NCBI RefSeq assembly: GCF_009834535.1
Contig: NC_045696.1
Coordinates: forward strand, 2,048,001-2,112,000
Source: Camelus ferus
Lineage: Eukaryota
Length of the DNA: 64,000 bases
Direction of reading: 5' to 3'
Shown here one piece after another: positions 11,920 to 24,715 of the stretch. Numbering within the stretch: position 1 is the stretch's first letter; every line of letters starts with the position of its first letter. Position numbers and translations under genes: made by a program. The notes beneath the pieces were generated by a model. That model was not told the origin of the DNA. It did no database searches and worked only from the letters and a program-made list of their open reading frames with translations.

Positions 11920-14900
11920 GGGCTCCACAAAGTTCTGGGGAAAATCAGTACAAAATCTAGCCCATCGCTCACGACAGTGAGCAAATGGGGAACGTTACTA
12001 AAGAGACTCGGCAACTCTGCAGAAGAGGAACCCAAGCTGAGACACTGAGGCTAAGGACATGGAAGCCAAATCTGGGATAATCTGAGCATTAAAATATATG
12101 ACAGTAACGGCTTACACACCGGAAACTAGAAATCAGTGAGCACATGCTGACCACCACTTCCAGACAAGACGAAGTGACAAGGACCAGACCGACACAACGA
12201 CCTGAAACAAGCAAAACAAACATGAACCAAGGGTTTCTGAGACCTGGACATCAGGCAACACGGGACAGTGACCCCTGAGAAAGGAAAACAAGCAAGGCGA
12301 GCCCTGGAGCGGCCCTGCTGACCACCCGGAGCGCTTACAGACCGCAACAGAGGGCGGGAGACTGAGCTCGAGCCTGGCGAACTCCCTGCGTGGAGGAGGA
12401 GGAGCCAAGGAGTCCTGGGAGGCAAAGGCGGACGGCCTCGCAGGTCAGAGCACCAGAGAGGAGCCAGCAGCACAGAGAGAGCCCTGGGGAATCCGGCCGG
12501 GACCTTGTCGGCACACTGGGTGGGAGCCGCACAGAGCCTCGGAGAGGCCGTCAGGCGGGACTGGACACCAGCACAGGGCCAGGAACAGTACTTATTTCCA
12601 CAGTCCAGCCGGGAAAACCTCCTAATTCACAGGGCATCGGGCAGAGAACTCAGGAAGTGAGGGATAATTAGTCCTAAACTGATCACAGAAATAGACTCAG
12701 TAACGATACAGATTATAGAGTTAATAGACAAAGCCATTAAAATAGTTACTGCAACCATATTTCATGTGTTCACAAAGGCAGAGAAAGCCTGATGGTAAGC
12801 AGACATGGAAGACATTTTAAAAAGAAGAAAGAGACTCATGTGGAACTCCTAGAGATGAACATCATAATGTCTAACGTGAACAAACACACCGGGTGGGATT
12901 GAGAGCAGACCAGACACTGCAGAAGAAAGGATCCGGTCACGTGGAGGCGGAGAAACAGATCCTCCACGTGCAACACAGATGGATGGAACCGCAGCAGCGC
13001 CTCAGGGAGCTGGGGCTTCACGTGGCCTCACACACAAGTCCCCGAAGGAGAGCACAGAAGGAAAGCAACAGGAAAACTATATGAAGAAATAATAACCAAA
13101 AATAGTCTCAATCTGACCAAAATTACAAACCCTAAAAACCAAAAAACTCCAAGCACAAGAAACATGAAGGAACCTATACCAAGGCATATCATGACCAAAC
13201 TGCTTAAAATCACTGATAAAGAAAAAAAATCTTAAACCACTACAGGAAAGACATTTATGTACAAAGTAACGAGACAAACATCAAAGGCTCCTCATGGATG
13301 ACAAGAGAAACGCGTGCGCGCCCCGGCAGCACGTGCACTCGCCCTGGAACGACGCAGAGAGGACAGGCAGGGCCCCTGCGCGGGGCCGGCACGCAGACTC
13401 GTGAAGCGTGCCGTATTTTTAATAAAAATATACTGAAACAAACAAACAGAAACAACAGAAACCAAAAGACAGTGGGGTAATATCCTTTAAGTGCTGAAAG
13501 GAAAATTAAACTTCAAACTAGAATTCTCTATCAGGGAAATATTTTCCAAAAATGAAGGCAAAATTCTTTCTTCAGTACGTGACAGCTGAAGGAGCTGCTC
13601 GCCAGCGGGCCTGCGCTGCGCGAAAGGGAAAGGCCTCCGGGGAGAAGGACGCGGCATCGGCTGACGGGCGGGATCCACACGCTGGGCCGGAGGTGCTGGC
13701 AGCGGCTGCCCTGCAGGCAGAGAGACACCCTTCCTCACCTTTGCTCTCTTTAAAACAGCTTGACTATTTAAAGCAAAAATAGTAACAATGTATGTGGGGT
13801 CTACAACACACACAAGGCGGGGAAATGAAAGCACATGCCAAGCAGCCCAACAGCACTGACGGAAGGAGCCGGGAGTCACAGCGCAGACTGTAAACCCCAA
13901 AGCGGCCACTGAGAGAACCCGACAGAGGGCCTGACTTCTAAATCTAGAAATCCTCAACCGTGTCAGCCTGCTCCCGGAAACTTTCTTAACAGATAATAAT
14001 CAAAAGTAAGACAAAACAAAAACCCTAAAACAACAACAACAAGCCCCAAAGGCTCCCTATTGAAAACTTAAGTTTAAGGGAAAACCCACAACCATACTGT
14101 CCACAAAAACTGTATCTAGCAATAAAGCTGCAGGACTTCTGTGAAAAACATTACAACACATCACTAAAGGGCACAAAAAAAGGCATAAAGAATGGAGAAA
14201 CAAACCAGGTTCCCAGATGAGAGAACTCGTGATCACTAAAATTCTTCTCAAATGAACCTGTAACTTTTTCTAGGCAATCCAACCAAAACACCTCCAGTCT
14301 TTTCAATCAGTGTTCCAGTTTTATCCGTGGCTTTGTAACAAACCACTATAATACCAAGTGGTCCAGAACATTTACTCCGCTCACAAATCTACACTCTGGA
14401 GATTTGCTGGACAGCTCGTCCACTCCACCCGGTACCAGCTGTGGGGAGCTAGAAGGCAGACACGGTGGTGGTGGACGCTGGCCTGCTGGCGGCGTCTGCT
14501 GGGACCAGGGGTGCACACCCCAGAGGGCCTTCCTGAGGCCACTGACTTCATCACAGAATGGGGGCTGGGATCTAAGAGCAAGCATCCCAGGAGGACCCGG
14601 CAAAAGATATATTACCTTTTATGACAGTCTCAGGAGTCACAGTGTCCCTTCTGCCAGTCAGAAGCCCACCCAGATTCAACTGGAGGAAACAAAGACCTAA
14701 CCTCTCAACAGAGGAAGGTCACTGCCATGCAAAGAAGAGCACATGGGACGGGATGCACTGGTACAACAGACATTTTTGGAAAACAAAATTTGTGCACCTA
14801 GCAACCCGATTCTAAAACGTATACAGAAGAGAACATGTATACTAGCCAAGAGATTTATTTTAAAGAACAGACATCAATACGCGTTATAAAAATGTAATTA

Positions 14901-17900
14901 AATGTAATGAAAAGTCTGGTCCTGGCACAGAACAGACAATGGTCAATAGAACCGATGTGTCCAGAATATTGAGCATACAAGATATTGGTTTAAAATAAAG
15001 ATGACACTTTCAATAAATGGGGAAAAGCTAGATGATTCTGAAATGTTAGGCCAATTCACTACCATTTAGACTTTAAATTAGACCCTGAACCCACACTGCT
15101 CCCACCATACACAAAGATAACTTGAAACCATACAGATCCAAATGTAAAACACAAATTATAAAATTATCAAAAAAAAAATAGGAGAAAATCAGCTATTATC
15201 TTCAGATAGACAAGGCCTTCCTAAACCTGAAACAGAACACTACTCGGAAACCATGTTTTTAGTGACATATTTCACTCCATAAAAATTATTATACTTATGA
15301 ACATCTATGCACGAAATAATACATCAACTATCTGTACAAAACAGAAATTATGGAAGATGCAAGAGGAATAGAAATGTACTAGTAATAAAAGCCTTCAACA
15401 TACCAGTCAGTTACAGGTAGGCCAAGTGGACAAACAAATATAAACAACCTGAACGACATACCCAGTAGGCAGCTCTGAAAACAGAGAAAATACGTTCTCA
15501 CACACACAAAACAGCTACAAAAACCTTTATTAGGTCACAAGGAAAAAAATAAGTTTCATAAAACAGAAATACTATAAACACCACTCTGATCATAATGCAG
15601 TAAAATTAGGAATTTAAAAGTGAAAAGAGTTTTAAATTTCCTTCTGAAGATTAAAAAGCTTTCTGTTAAACTACAGAGTGAAAGGGGCAATACAAACAGA
15701 ATATAGAGTATTTTTGAAAAATAATAAGAGAGCACAAGGATATATTTAAATTCACGTCTTTAAAGACTTATATCATTAAAAATTTAAGAATGAAAATGCA
15801 TTTCCAGCTTAAAAAAATAAGGAAAAGAACAAAGTAAATTACAAGAAAACGAAAGAAGGAAATAATAAAAATAAAAGCAGAAATTAGTAAGGTAGAAAAT
15901 ATACTGATAGTATATCAGATTAATAAATAAAAAGCCTGGTTCTGAGGAAAAGAATCAAAGTAGCTAATTTAATCAAGGGAGGAAAGGAGAAAACACAAAT
16001 ATACAAAATAAGGAACAGGGGTGGAGGAGTAACTACTGACACAGAGCACATTTTAAAAGTCAAAAACAAAAACAGCCACTTTATACACCTCAGTGAAAAG
16101 AAACTTTAAAACTTTACTGAAATGGATCATTTCTAAGAAAAATACAGTTTATCAAAACTGACAAATGGCTGAAGCAGACCAATTTCTATGGAAGAGGTAA
16201 GAGAGTAACCAAGGAACTATCCCTCAAGAAACTACTGGGCCCAGATGGTTTCTCAGAAGAACTCCACCACACCCCCAAGAGCAGACAGCGCCCGTGCTAC
16301 ATAAATTGTTTCACGTACGGAAAACAAACAAAAACTTCCAAGTTACTTTTATGAATCAAGTATAACACTGACACCTAAACCTGGTAAAGACAGCACACAC
16401 AAACAAGTTATAGGTCAATCACTTGTGAATACAGGTGAAAAAAATCATAAATAACGTGAACAGACACCACCACCACATTAGGACAATAACACCCTGACCA
16501 AGTGGAATATACCAGGAATGCAAGTATGGTTCAATAATAAGAAACCCATTAATGTCATACAGCGTATTAGCAGATCTAAGTGGGAAGAATCATGAGTATC
16601 TCCACTGGGTATAAGAAAGCCTTTAACAGAATTCAACAGTGTATTCCTAGTAAAGACCCTCGAGAAAACAGGAACAGACGGAATGTCCTTCATGAGCTCG
16701 CATACGTTTACCTCAGCCGCATAGCCAGCATCCCACTCCATGAGGAGACGCCACGGGCACTCCCATCGGAGTCAGGAACGAGGCAAAGACACCCACGGCC
16801 TCCACTGCTCCCTGACGACGGCTTAGACAGGAAAAGCGACTTGAGGCACAAGAACTGAGCCGGGAGAAAGAAGACCACCTCTGTCCGCGGGTGGCGTGAC
16901 AGGGTACCCGGAAAACCCCGGACTTCGGGGCCCAGAGAATCAATGACAAAACCAACACAAACAGCGAGAGAGTTCAGCAAGGTGAACATTACAAAACCAA
17001 CAGCCTTTACAGACACGGAAAAGCACCGACTAGAAGATACAGCGGGAGAGAAAACCCCACTGACAACAGCAGCAAAAGCGTAAAACGCCCAGAAAAATAA
17101 TCTGACACCAAAATTCATAAGGAAAAAGGACGTGCGGAGCCACCAGGCAGACACCGCGGAGAACGGCTCCTGAGGGACTGGCCCGGCCAGCTACGGACGT
17201 GGACTGTCAGTCCTGGGCGAGCACACGTGCAGACGAGGTCTGGCCGCTTCTCGGCGGCTGTCCTGGCCGCAGTGTGAGCGCAGGGCCTCTGGAGCTGCTC
17301 TACGCACACCGCAGCAGTGAGCGCGTGGGCTGGTGCTGTCAGGGCCAGAGCGGATGTAAACATTCCAGAACCAGGGAAGGCAAGAAAGAGCCGGGGGCGT
17401 TAGGCTAAAATCAGAGGCACATTGACTCATGATCTCTAAGACATCCACTTTCCCAGCTCTACAGAGCAAAGGTGGAGAAGCAGGGATGCTCTGTAGTGCC
17501 AAAGGAACCCGGTCTCTGTGAAAAAAAGGCTGAGTCTAGGCACAAGGGCAGCAAGAAAACAAGAACCTAGAATATCCCGTGTGCCAGAAAGTTAGAAAAC
17601 ACCCCAAAGGACCCAGGAGCCAGTGCGAAGCGACCCTTTCTGCTCAACCTGAACATCAGAGTGAGGCCGGCCAACCACGAGGCACTAGACACAAAGAAGC
17701 CCACAGAAGCCCACACAGGCCCTTGCCTAGAGGAGAGCGCTGGCTGATCATCTAGGGGAGTGGTGTCTGCAATCCTGGGTGCTGACTGGTTCAGGAAGAC
17801 TCATCACTGGGGCTAAAGCTCAGTGGGAAAGAAAGCTGGATACGGAGGACAGGCACGTGGTCCTAGGGTGGCTCCTCAGAGACGGCTTATTGGTTGTAAG

Positions 17901-18100
17901 GGGAAAAGAGACGTACAGCATGGAGAGAGTGGACAGCTCTCTGACCACGAGATCAAGCCCAACACCACCACCAAGGGGCTGCAGGGAGAAGCGTCGTTAA
18001 GCACAGCAGGCCTGGGGCAGCCATCCGTAGCCTGCCTCCAAGGTGGGCCCTCGCTGGTGCGTGGGGACGAGGATTCTGCAGGGGTTCCCAACACCGCGTG
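11920..18100 (+). mobile_element. Cluster of old L1M fragments (5' region, ORF1, ORF2, 3' pieces), antisense to TRAPPC10
   Basis: A-rich + strand with L1 ORF1- and ORF2-like segments (e.g. ccaggaatgcaagtatggttcaat, IMSISTGYKKAFNRIQ); interrupted by a MaLR LTR. Confidence 0.75.
14310..14780 (-). mobile_element. MLT1 (MaLR) LTR, old subfamily
   Basis: gtaacaaaccac..ccaagtgg..catttactccgctcacaaatct..gagcaagcatcccag..ttttatgac..ggagtcacagtgtc pattern. Confidence 0.6.
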
Positions 18101-19042
18101 AGAGGCCTGCCTCACTGGGCGTAAAAGGTACTAACACCCACTCTGGCCCGGAGTCTGGCTTTGATACGTGCAGACAGAGGTGCCTACGTGGCTGGCCCTG
18201 ATAAAAACCAGCACTCCCCTGGTAGACACCATCTCACATGCGCTGTCGCCCATTCTGGGGAGTAAACCCATCCCACGTGACTCCACTAGGAAAGGCCACA
18301 AAGCAGAATCAGCAGAGGCAAAAGGTCCGTGGGGTGAAGGGGAGAAGAGGCGTAAGCTGTGAGTCCTTTCTCATTTAAATTACAAAAAACAACTTCTGCG
18401 TCCTCAGAGTCAGGTTAAAATGTCACGATAGGTCATGATTTATGTATTTTTGTATATTGCTAAATGCTAGTCTTATTACAGTCAAAAGGGACAAGAAGAA
18501 ATGACCCATAGAATTTTCTATTCGTTCATGAAAGAAGAATTCTGTCAAGAATGGGTTCACGAGTATAAAACAGCCAAGTACAAGTAGGGGCTGCGGCGCT
18601 CACAGCATGGCAGCCCGGCCAGGATGGGGGGTGCGGAGCGAAGAAGGAGACACAGCTCCCGGCCCTCAGCAACAAGGGTTCTCAAGGACAGTAACTGCCA
18701 CGACGGTGAACACGTGGCGCTACGAAAATGAAGCTGAAAGTAAATATTAAAAACACCTCGTGCCCACAAGGGCGCAGTGAGATGGCTCACAAGAACTGGA
18801 AACACAGGAAATAAGAATCTATGTGGTGATTACCACGAGTGCACCACACTGGGCCAGGGCAGAAACAGGCAGCCACAACGCCATGCGCTTGGCTGAGAAA
18901 CGGAGAAGAGGGACCAATACCAAAAAATTAAAATTAAAAAGTAAATCTGAAAAAGTATAGCTGTCTTAGCAAAACCCAGACCCGTGCATCTTAACTCTAT
19001 TCCAGGACGCCTTCTGTAACGTTCCCCCAAAGGAATACTCAC

Positions 19043-19178
19043 ACAGCACTCCGTCCAGTAAATATGAAGGAAGGGGAAAGTGAGCAGGGCTTTGTTTCCT
19101 TCTTTGGGCAGCAGCTCCTCCTTGAATTGAACAAAGTTAGATTCGAGGTGAATCATCTTCGGAGCCCGGCCATAGGAC
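19043..19178 (-). CDS. TRAPPC10: TRAPPC10 exon 3 (136 nt; SYGRAPKMIHLESNFVQFKEELLPKEGNKALLTFPFLHIYWTECC)
   Basis: Within ORF 18830..19270; acceptor ttcttatag, donor GTGAGT. Confidence 0.96.
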
Positions 19179-20749
19179 CTATAAGAAATTTTCAACAAGT
19201 CACTAAGAAAAATAAGTAAAGAATGTTCAGCAGAAAGGATAGGAGAAAAATACAGTAATAATTTAATCATATCTATGAGCTCAGAACTATGTACATGATA
19301 TTAACCATGAATTATAACTATTACATATTCTATCTGAAAAGATTCTATAAATTACTTTAAACCCCATCCACATTTACATGCAAAGCTCCCTCTCCATAAA
19401 TCTTTCACTTCACTCAACGATACCTGCACAGTAACATTCTATCAAACCAGGACTATTTGCAACAACAGACTTGAGAAAAATGGATGTTACTTAATCGACA
19501 GTCGCTATAAAAGGAAAAGAGTTCCCCAAATGCCAAAAGTGCAGTTTGAAGTTACCAAAGCTTTTAACCGCTCTAATACTTTTGTGACAACCTATATTGT
19601 CCAAAAAAGAAAATTGCTTGGTGGAAAAGAACAGGTTTTTGTTTGCACAGCATAAATAACAGTAGTAACCATCCGTCCCCAGTATTTCTCAACCCAAGAA
19701 CTAAACACACAGAGAAACCCCACAAGCTACACACACCCAATCCACTGCTATCAAAGGGTAAGAAAGCTATTTATTATAGTTCTAAAAATAAATTATGCTA
19801 CAGATATCTTTTCTCCATACCCCTATTTTTCACCTCCAGTACTTGTGTCTCTTTTAAATATCTATAAGCTGGATTTTGTATTTTTTAATCCAATCTAAGG
19901 AGTCTGTGATTAGTAAGTTGAAACCAACCATATTTAACATGATTATGCTTGAACTTGGGGATTTTCTATTTTACACTCTTATTTTTTTTCTGTCCTTTTT
20001 GAGATTAATCAAGTTTTCTTTTTCCATTCTTTTTCTCTGCTGGTTTGAAAGTTTAAGCAACCATTTCTTTTCCGCTGTTGATTACATTTTAATGTTTAGT
20101 ATGCACACACTTAAATTCTCCTTTCTAAGACTAAAGCAAATGCCTCCCTCTCCTTGAACAAGAAAGACAGAACACTTTCTTCTCTACTGTCTTCCACTCA
20201 TCCAAAATTTTAAACTTTTTACTTTGTAAAAGGATCGATACCATAACTAGAGCAAAATATTTTAATGACTTGATTGCTGGCAGCTGCTTCCTTCATCTTG
20301 AGCTGTGGGTTCATTTTTCTTCTTGTTGAGACACACCCTTTGATTATTTCAGAGAAGGTGGTAAAGTTTCTGATCATCTACATCTGAAAATGTTTATGTT
20401 GGCTGCATGTTTCCCAGCCAGCTCCACTGGGTGGCACGCAGGAGTGTGAGACCTAAACGCACTCTGGGGCAAACACGTGGGGCTGCACAGCCAGAAGTGA
20501 CAGATCAGGGCCCCCCCAGGCCTAAGAGAAACAAACCCTCCGGGCACCCTGTCTCCTCCAGGGCCTGGGGAGGCTGACTCGGCCTTCCCTCCGGCGGGGG
20601 TGAATAGCACAGAACTCCAGGTTCAGAGGCACTTTCCCTCAGGACCTTGAGAAGACTCTTCTTAAACACTCTACTCTATGCAGTGTTTGAAATGTTGTTA
20701 GAGACTGCAAATTCGGGTTTTCTTTTCTCCAGTTTTTTTCGGTATGGCT

Positions 20750-20960
20750 TTTTGTTTCCTTGTTTTTTTGTTTGTTTGCTTGTTTGGATTTTTAACCTGT
20801 TTCTTTTATTGAGTTATAGTCAGTTTACAATGTTGCATCAATTTCTGCTGTACAGCGCAATGCTTCAGTCATACATAATATACATATACTCATTTTCACA
20901 CTCTTTTTCACTGTGAGCTACTACAAGACACTGAATATGCTTCCCTGTGCTGCACAGTAT
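20750..20960 (-). mobile_element. LINE-1 extreme 3' end
   Basis: ttttattgagttatagtcagtttacaatgttg...; reverse complement resembles the L1 terminus at 55080-55140. Confidence 0.85.
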
Positions 20961-21509
20961 AAACCTTGGTTTTGTTTTCATTCTGCTAGACATTCAGCAG
21001 CTCCTGCCATCTCGCTCCCACTTCCCAGTATTGCCTGTCCCCTCTCCCATGGATCTCCTGAAACTTCTCCTGCCACCCCTTCCACTGGGTCTTGCCCCGG
21101 CCTACCGCGGTCCTGGGCCTGGGTCCTGTTGCCTGCTTCTCTGGGATCCACCACTGCAGACACGCGGGCTCAGCTCTCCCTCCGTCCATCCTCCACCTCC
21201 CAAGAAGGCGTCTACCCTGCTCTGTGCAGCCATCCCCACCCTCCTCTGCCCTCGCACACTTAGGCCTCCCTATTCTGTTCTCCACTATTTCCAAAAAGGT
21301 GAAGAGATGAATACATATTGAATCTACGCTGCGTCTCTATTTTACCTTTTCCTCCTAACTCCCTTTCTTGTCTCTTCTATCTTTCTGAATGATGTATACT
21401 TATTTGAAATCCTTTCCAGATTACTCCTATTTTTTTAAGTATTAAACTCCTCCATTTGTGAGTTGTTTTCCCTCGTTCACAGCACTGGGCCTTCTCAGAT
21501 GCGGAATAA

Positions 21510-21643
21510 TTTTTTTTTCCTTTGGTTTTGGGGGTAGGTAATTAGGTTTACTGACTTATTTTTAGAGGCAGTACTGGGGATTGAACCCAGGACCTTGTGC
21601 ACGCTAAGCATGCGCCCTACCGCTTGAGCTATACCCTTCCCCC
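21510..21643 (-). mobile_element. tRNA-derived SINE (camelid Vic-1-like)
   Basis: GGGGAAGGGTATAGCTCAAGCGGTAGG..GGTTCAATCCCCAGTAC with A/B boxes and an A-rich tail; degenerate TSD cagatgcggaataa / ctgatgttgaataa. Confidence 0.88.
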
Positions 21644-22478
21644 TGATGTTGAATAACTTCTCTGGGAGAGAATTCTCCCACATCTGTATACTCTAGATTA
21701 CGTGTTAGTAACTAAATACATTCCTTGTAACACTGTAACTGGCACAAAAACTAGACTAGATTCAATGGAGAGCCTGGGTGAGCCATCCGGAATGTTAATT
21801 CTTCCTGTCAGTTGGGGTACAAACTGGTGGTCAGGAAGGAGTGACGTAGCCAGACTCAGAACTGCGTGACCATAGATAACAACAGGAAATTTTTCACACA
21901 CCTTGGTTAAAATCAGATTACCTGTATTAATAAGTCAAAATCCAAACATTTTCTACAGGTAATATCTAATCTTACCAGAAATAAGTTTTCCAGTAAGATG
22001 ACTCAAAGTCAGTTATTTCCTCAGAACAAGTCATTAGATGAACAATTACAACAACAGGATAAATGGGAGGGTTGGCCTGGCTTGTCTCATTTTTAAATAA
22101 CAACTTCCTGTAGACTTTCTCGTCCTTAAGAGAAGAGCCCAGGAGCGCAGGCCGCAGAGGAGGGCGCCTGCGCCACCGCGGAGGGAGGCCGGGCGCACCT
22201 CCGCCCCAGGACGCCTGCGCCGCTAAGATGTCCTGATGAGCCATGGAGAATCAGAAGCCACTCCTATAAAAGCGGGCCCTTAGCTCAGAAGAAGTGTCCT
22301 GCTTCTGTCATCCTGTGTCTTGTTGAGAAAATCAGCACGTTCCTCAAAGAAGGCCCACAGATTACGTGGCGCCGTTCAGTGTCCTTAGAAGTCAGGCTGC
22401 AACTCTGAGTCCCTCACTTGCTCACACAAAGGTCCACAGAACGAAGAGGGAGATGCAGCCCAAACCGGGCGACCGTAC

Positions 22479-22560
22479 CTTCTCCATTCCATCGGCTCTC
22501 TCGGAAGTTGCTGGGAAAGCGTTGGATAAATAGAGGTAAATAAGTTCTGATCTCCAGCAC
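22479..22560 (-). CDS. TRAPPC10: TRAPPC10 exon 2 (82 nt; CAGDQNLFTSIYPTLSQQLPREPMEWRR)
   Basis: Found by reading the sequence (not in the ORF track). Acceptor ttgttgaag, donor GTACGG. Phase 1 to 2 bridges exons 1 and 3 exactly. Confidence 0.95.
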
Positions 22561-23509
22561 CTTCAACAAGAATAAAAATGGCATTTTTAGGTGAACATTG
22601 GAAAATGGGCTCTGAAATTTATTAAGTTGGCATTTTTAGACAATCTGAAAATTCAGTAAAATAATATCACAAAACAAGACTGTTTCATGTCTTTAAATAA
22701 GTGGGCTCAAGAAAGCACAGTACTTGACCCCCAGGATCTAAGGAAGCCTCACGTGGCCTCTCAGAGCTGGGTACAGGTCTCCCCACGAGGAGGAGGAGAA
22801 GGGGAGGAGGAGCAGGGAAGGGGGGTGGAAAGCCGAGGAGACGGCCGCCAGCTCCCGCGTGGCTCACTTACAGAGCTGCTGCTGACTGCAGCTCGCAGAG
22901 ATTGCCCCAGAACCCCGTAAGAAAAGGAAACCCAGACAAGGGGACGTGAGTTTCCTCAACGTAAAAAGCTCGAGGTGTACCCAAATGCCAGTAGGAGCAG
23001 AGACACAGGGACACGCGTTCTCCTACTGCGTCCTCGCGACAGTCCCAGGACGCTGGGACAAGCACGGCCACCTCCCAGAGAGGAGAGCAAGGAGCCGGCT
23101 GGGGCAGGGGACCAGAGAGGAGAACAGGCGTGTCTGGCTCTGCACGCTGGGTTGTTAATGCAGCTCTTTTATCTCAGCTTTAACAGAACTGCAAAGTCCA
23201 CTTAGCTCTCAGAAGTGAGAGTACAACCATATTATACTTCAGCTACAAAAGAACCTTTTAATACAGATGACTCCAATTCTTCTACTCAGAGGATCCTCTA
23301 ACTCCAAACAAAACCATTTTCCAAATTGCTTTTATATTGATCTTAAAGAAATCATTGGGAATTGATGTGGGCCATTGACGCATTTGCTTATTTTGTTATA
23401 GGGAGCCTAAAATAAAACAAAACAAAACCCCCCCAAAACCACGTGACAATGTCAAGGCACTGCTCTGAGTAATGACGTTTCTGGGCAGCTGGGTTGAGTA
23501 TCAGAGAGG

Positions 23510-23760
23510 CAGAGAGGCAGTGGGCATCGAGGCTAGACACGGACGCTGAGGGTTGACCACTGGGTCCCACTGAGCGCCTCTCTCCACGCGCTGCGTAAGC
23601 CTGGGGCGGCCATTTCCCTTCCTGTGCCTCGGGGACCATCTGTGAAATGGGAAAACAAGAAGAGCTGCCCAGTAGGGCTGTGGTGAGACTGAGTCAACAT
23701 AAATAACCTCGAACAAGGCCTGATGCGAAGTAAATCTTCAGTAAGGTTTCCTATTAACAC
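23510..23760 (+). mobile_element. MIR SINE
   Basis: Core ctgtgcctcgg..catctgtgaaatggg..gggctgtggtgagactgag. Confidence 0.7.
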
Positions 23761-24330
23761 ATTTGCTGTTGACATAAAAACAACTTCTATGTTTTAACTC
23801 ATCATTTTTCATGTTCATTTATTTGGTAGTTGTCTTAGAAATCATTAAAGTAAGAAAATCTTTAGTTAGCTTCAAATTTCTTATCTTTAAGCGCCAACTC
23901 CTGCGGCCTCTTTAAAAGGCTCCAAGATTAACATAAAAATCACTCCTCTTCGCTAAGTAGAAATTAGAGCAACTACAAGGAAGCTTTCTCCCCTTTCACT
24001 TGGTTTACTAAGTAAATATATAGAATTTGTATATGGTCCTTGCAGTAAAGCCCCACTCAAAGGCACCATCACCTTATGCCCACAGTGTAAACCAATGAAG
24101 AGCCTCCTACATGCCCCTCCCACGTCTCTCGCACAGGAAATCCTGTGACATGACAAAACCTGTCTAAATGGCGACTACGAAGTCTTACATTCAACCGTAA
24201 AATAAATCTTTAATTTGCGTGCTAAATTTACTTTTTAAAGATTATAGGTCACTTAGCACATCTGTCAACGGCAAAGATGTCACCTGGCAGTAACAGGGGA
24301 CTTAACATGTGACCATCTGATCTCAGTGCC

Positions 24331-24715
24331 TGTTCCGAGCTGGGTAACAAACTCCTGTGTTGAAATCCTAACCCCCAGCACCTCTGAATGTGGCTGTGTT
24401 TGGAGATTAGGTCTGAAAGAGCTGATTAAGTTAGAATGAGGTCTACAGAATGGACCCTGATCCCATCTGACTGGCGCCCTTCTAAGAGAAAACGCGGATA
24501 CACAGACATCAGGGTGGGAAGAGACCACGTGAGGTCACGGCAAGTCCAGCGTCCACGAGGACACTGGCCATTACGAGTCAAGGGGCGAGGCCTCGGACCC
24601 CAACCCTGTGGACACTGACCCTGGGCTCCCAGCCCCCAGCGCTGGGAGGAGACGTGTCTCCACCGTGCGCGCCCCCCGGGCCGGGCTGCTTTCTTAGGGC
24701 AGCTCGAGCAACAGT
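24331..24715 (+). mobile_element. MLT1A/B-type LTR
   Basis: tgttgaaatcctaacccccagcacctctgaatgtggctgtgtttggagat..gattaagttagaatgaggtc. Confidence 0.8.

Noticed and set aside
21976..22019. 44-nt pseudo-exon with a good donor CTG|GTAAGA in intron 2
   Set aside because: The acceptor is a weak GAG with a poor pyrimidine tract; no other support.
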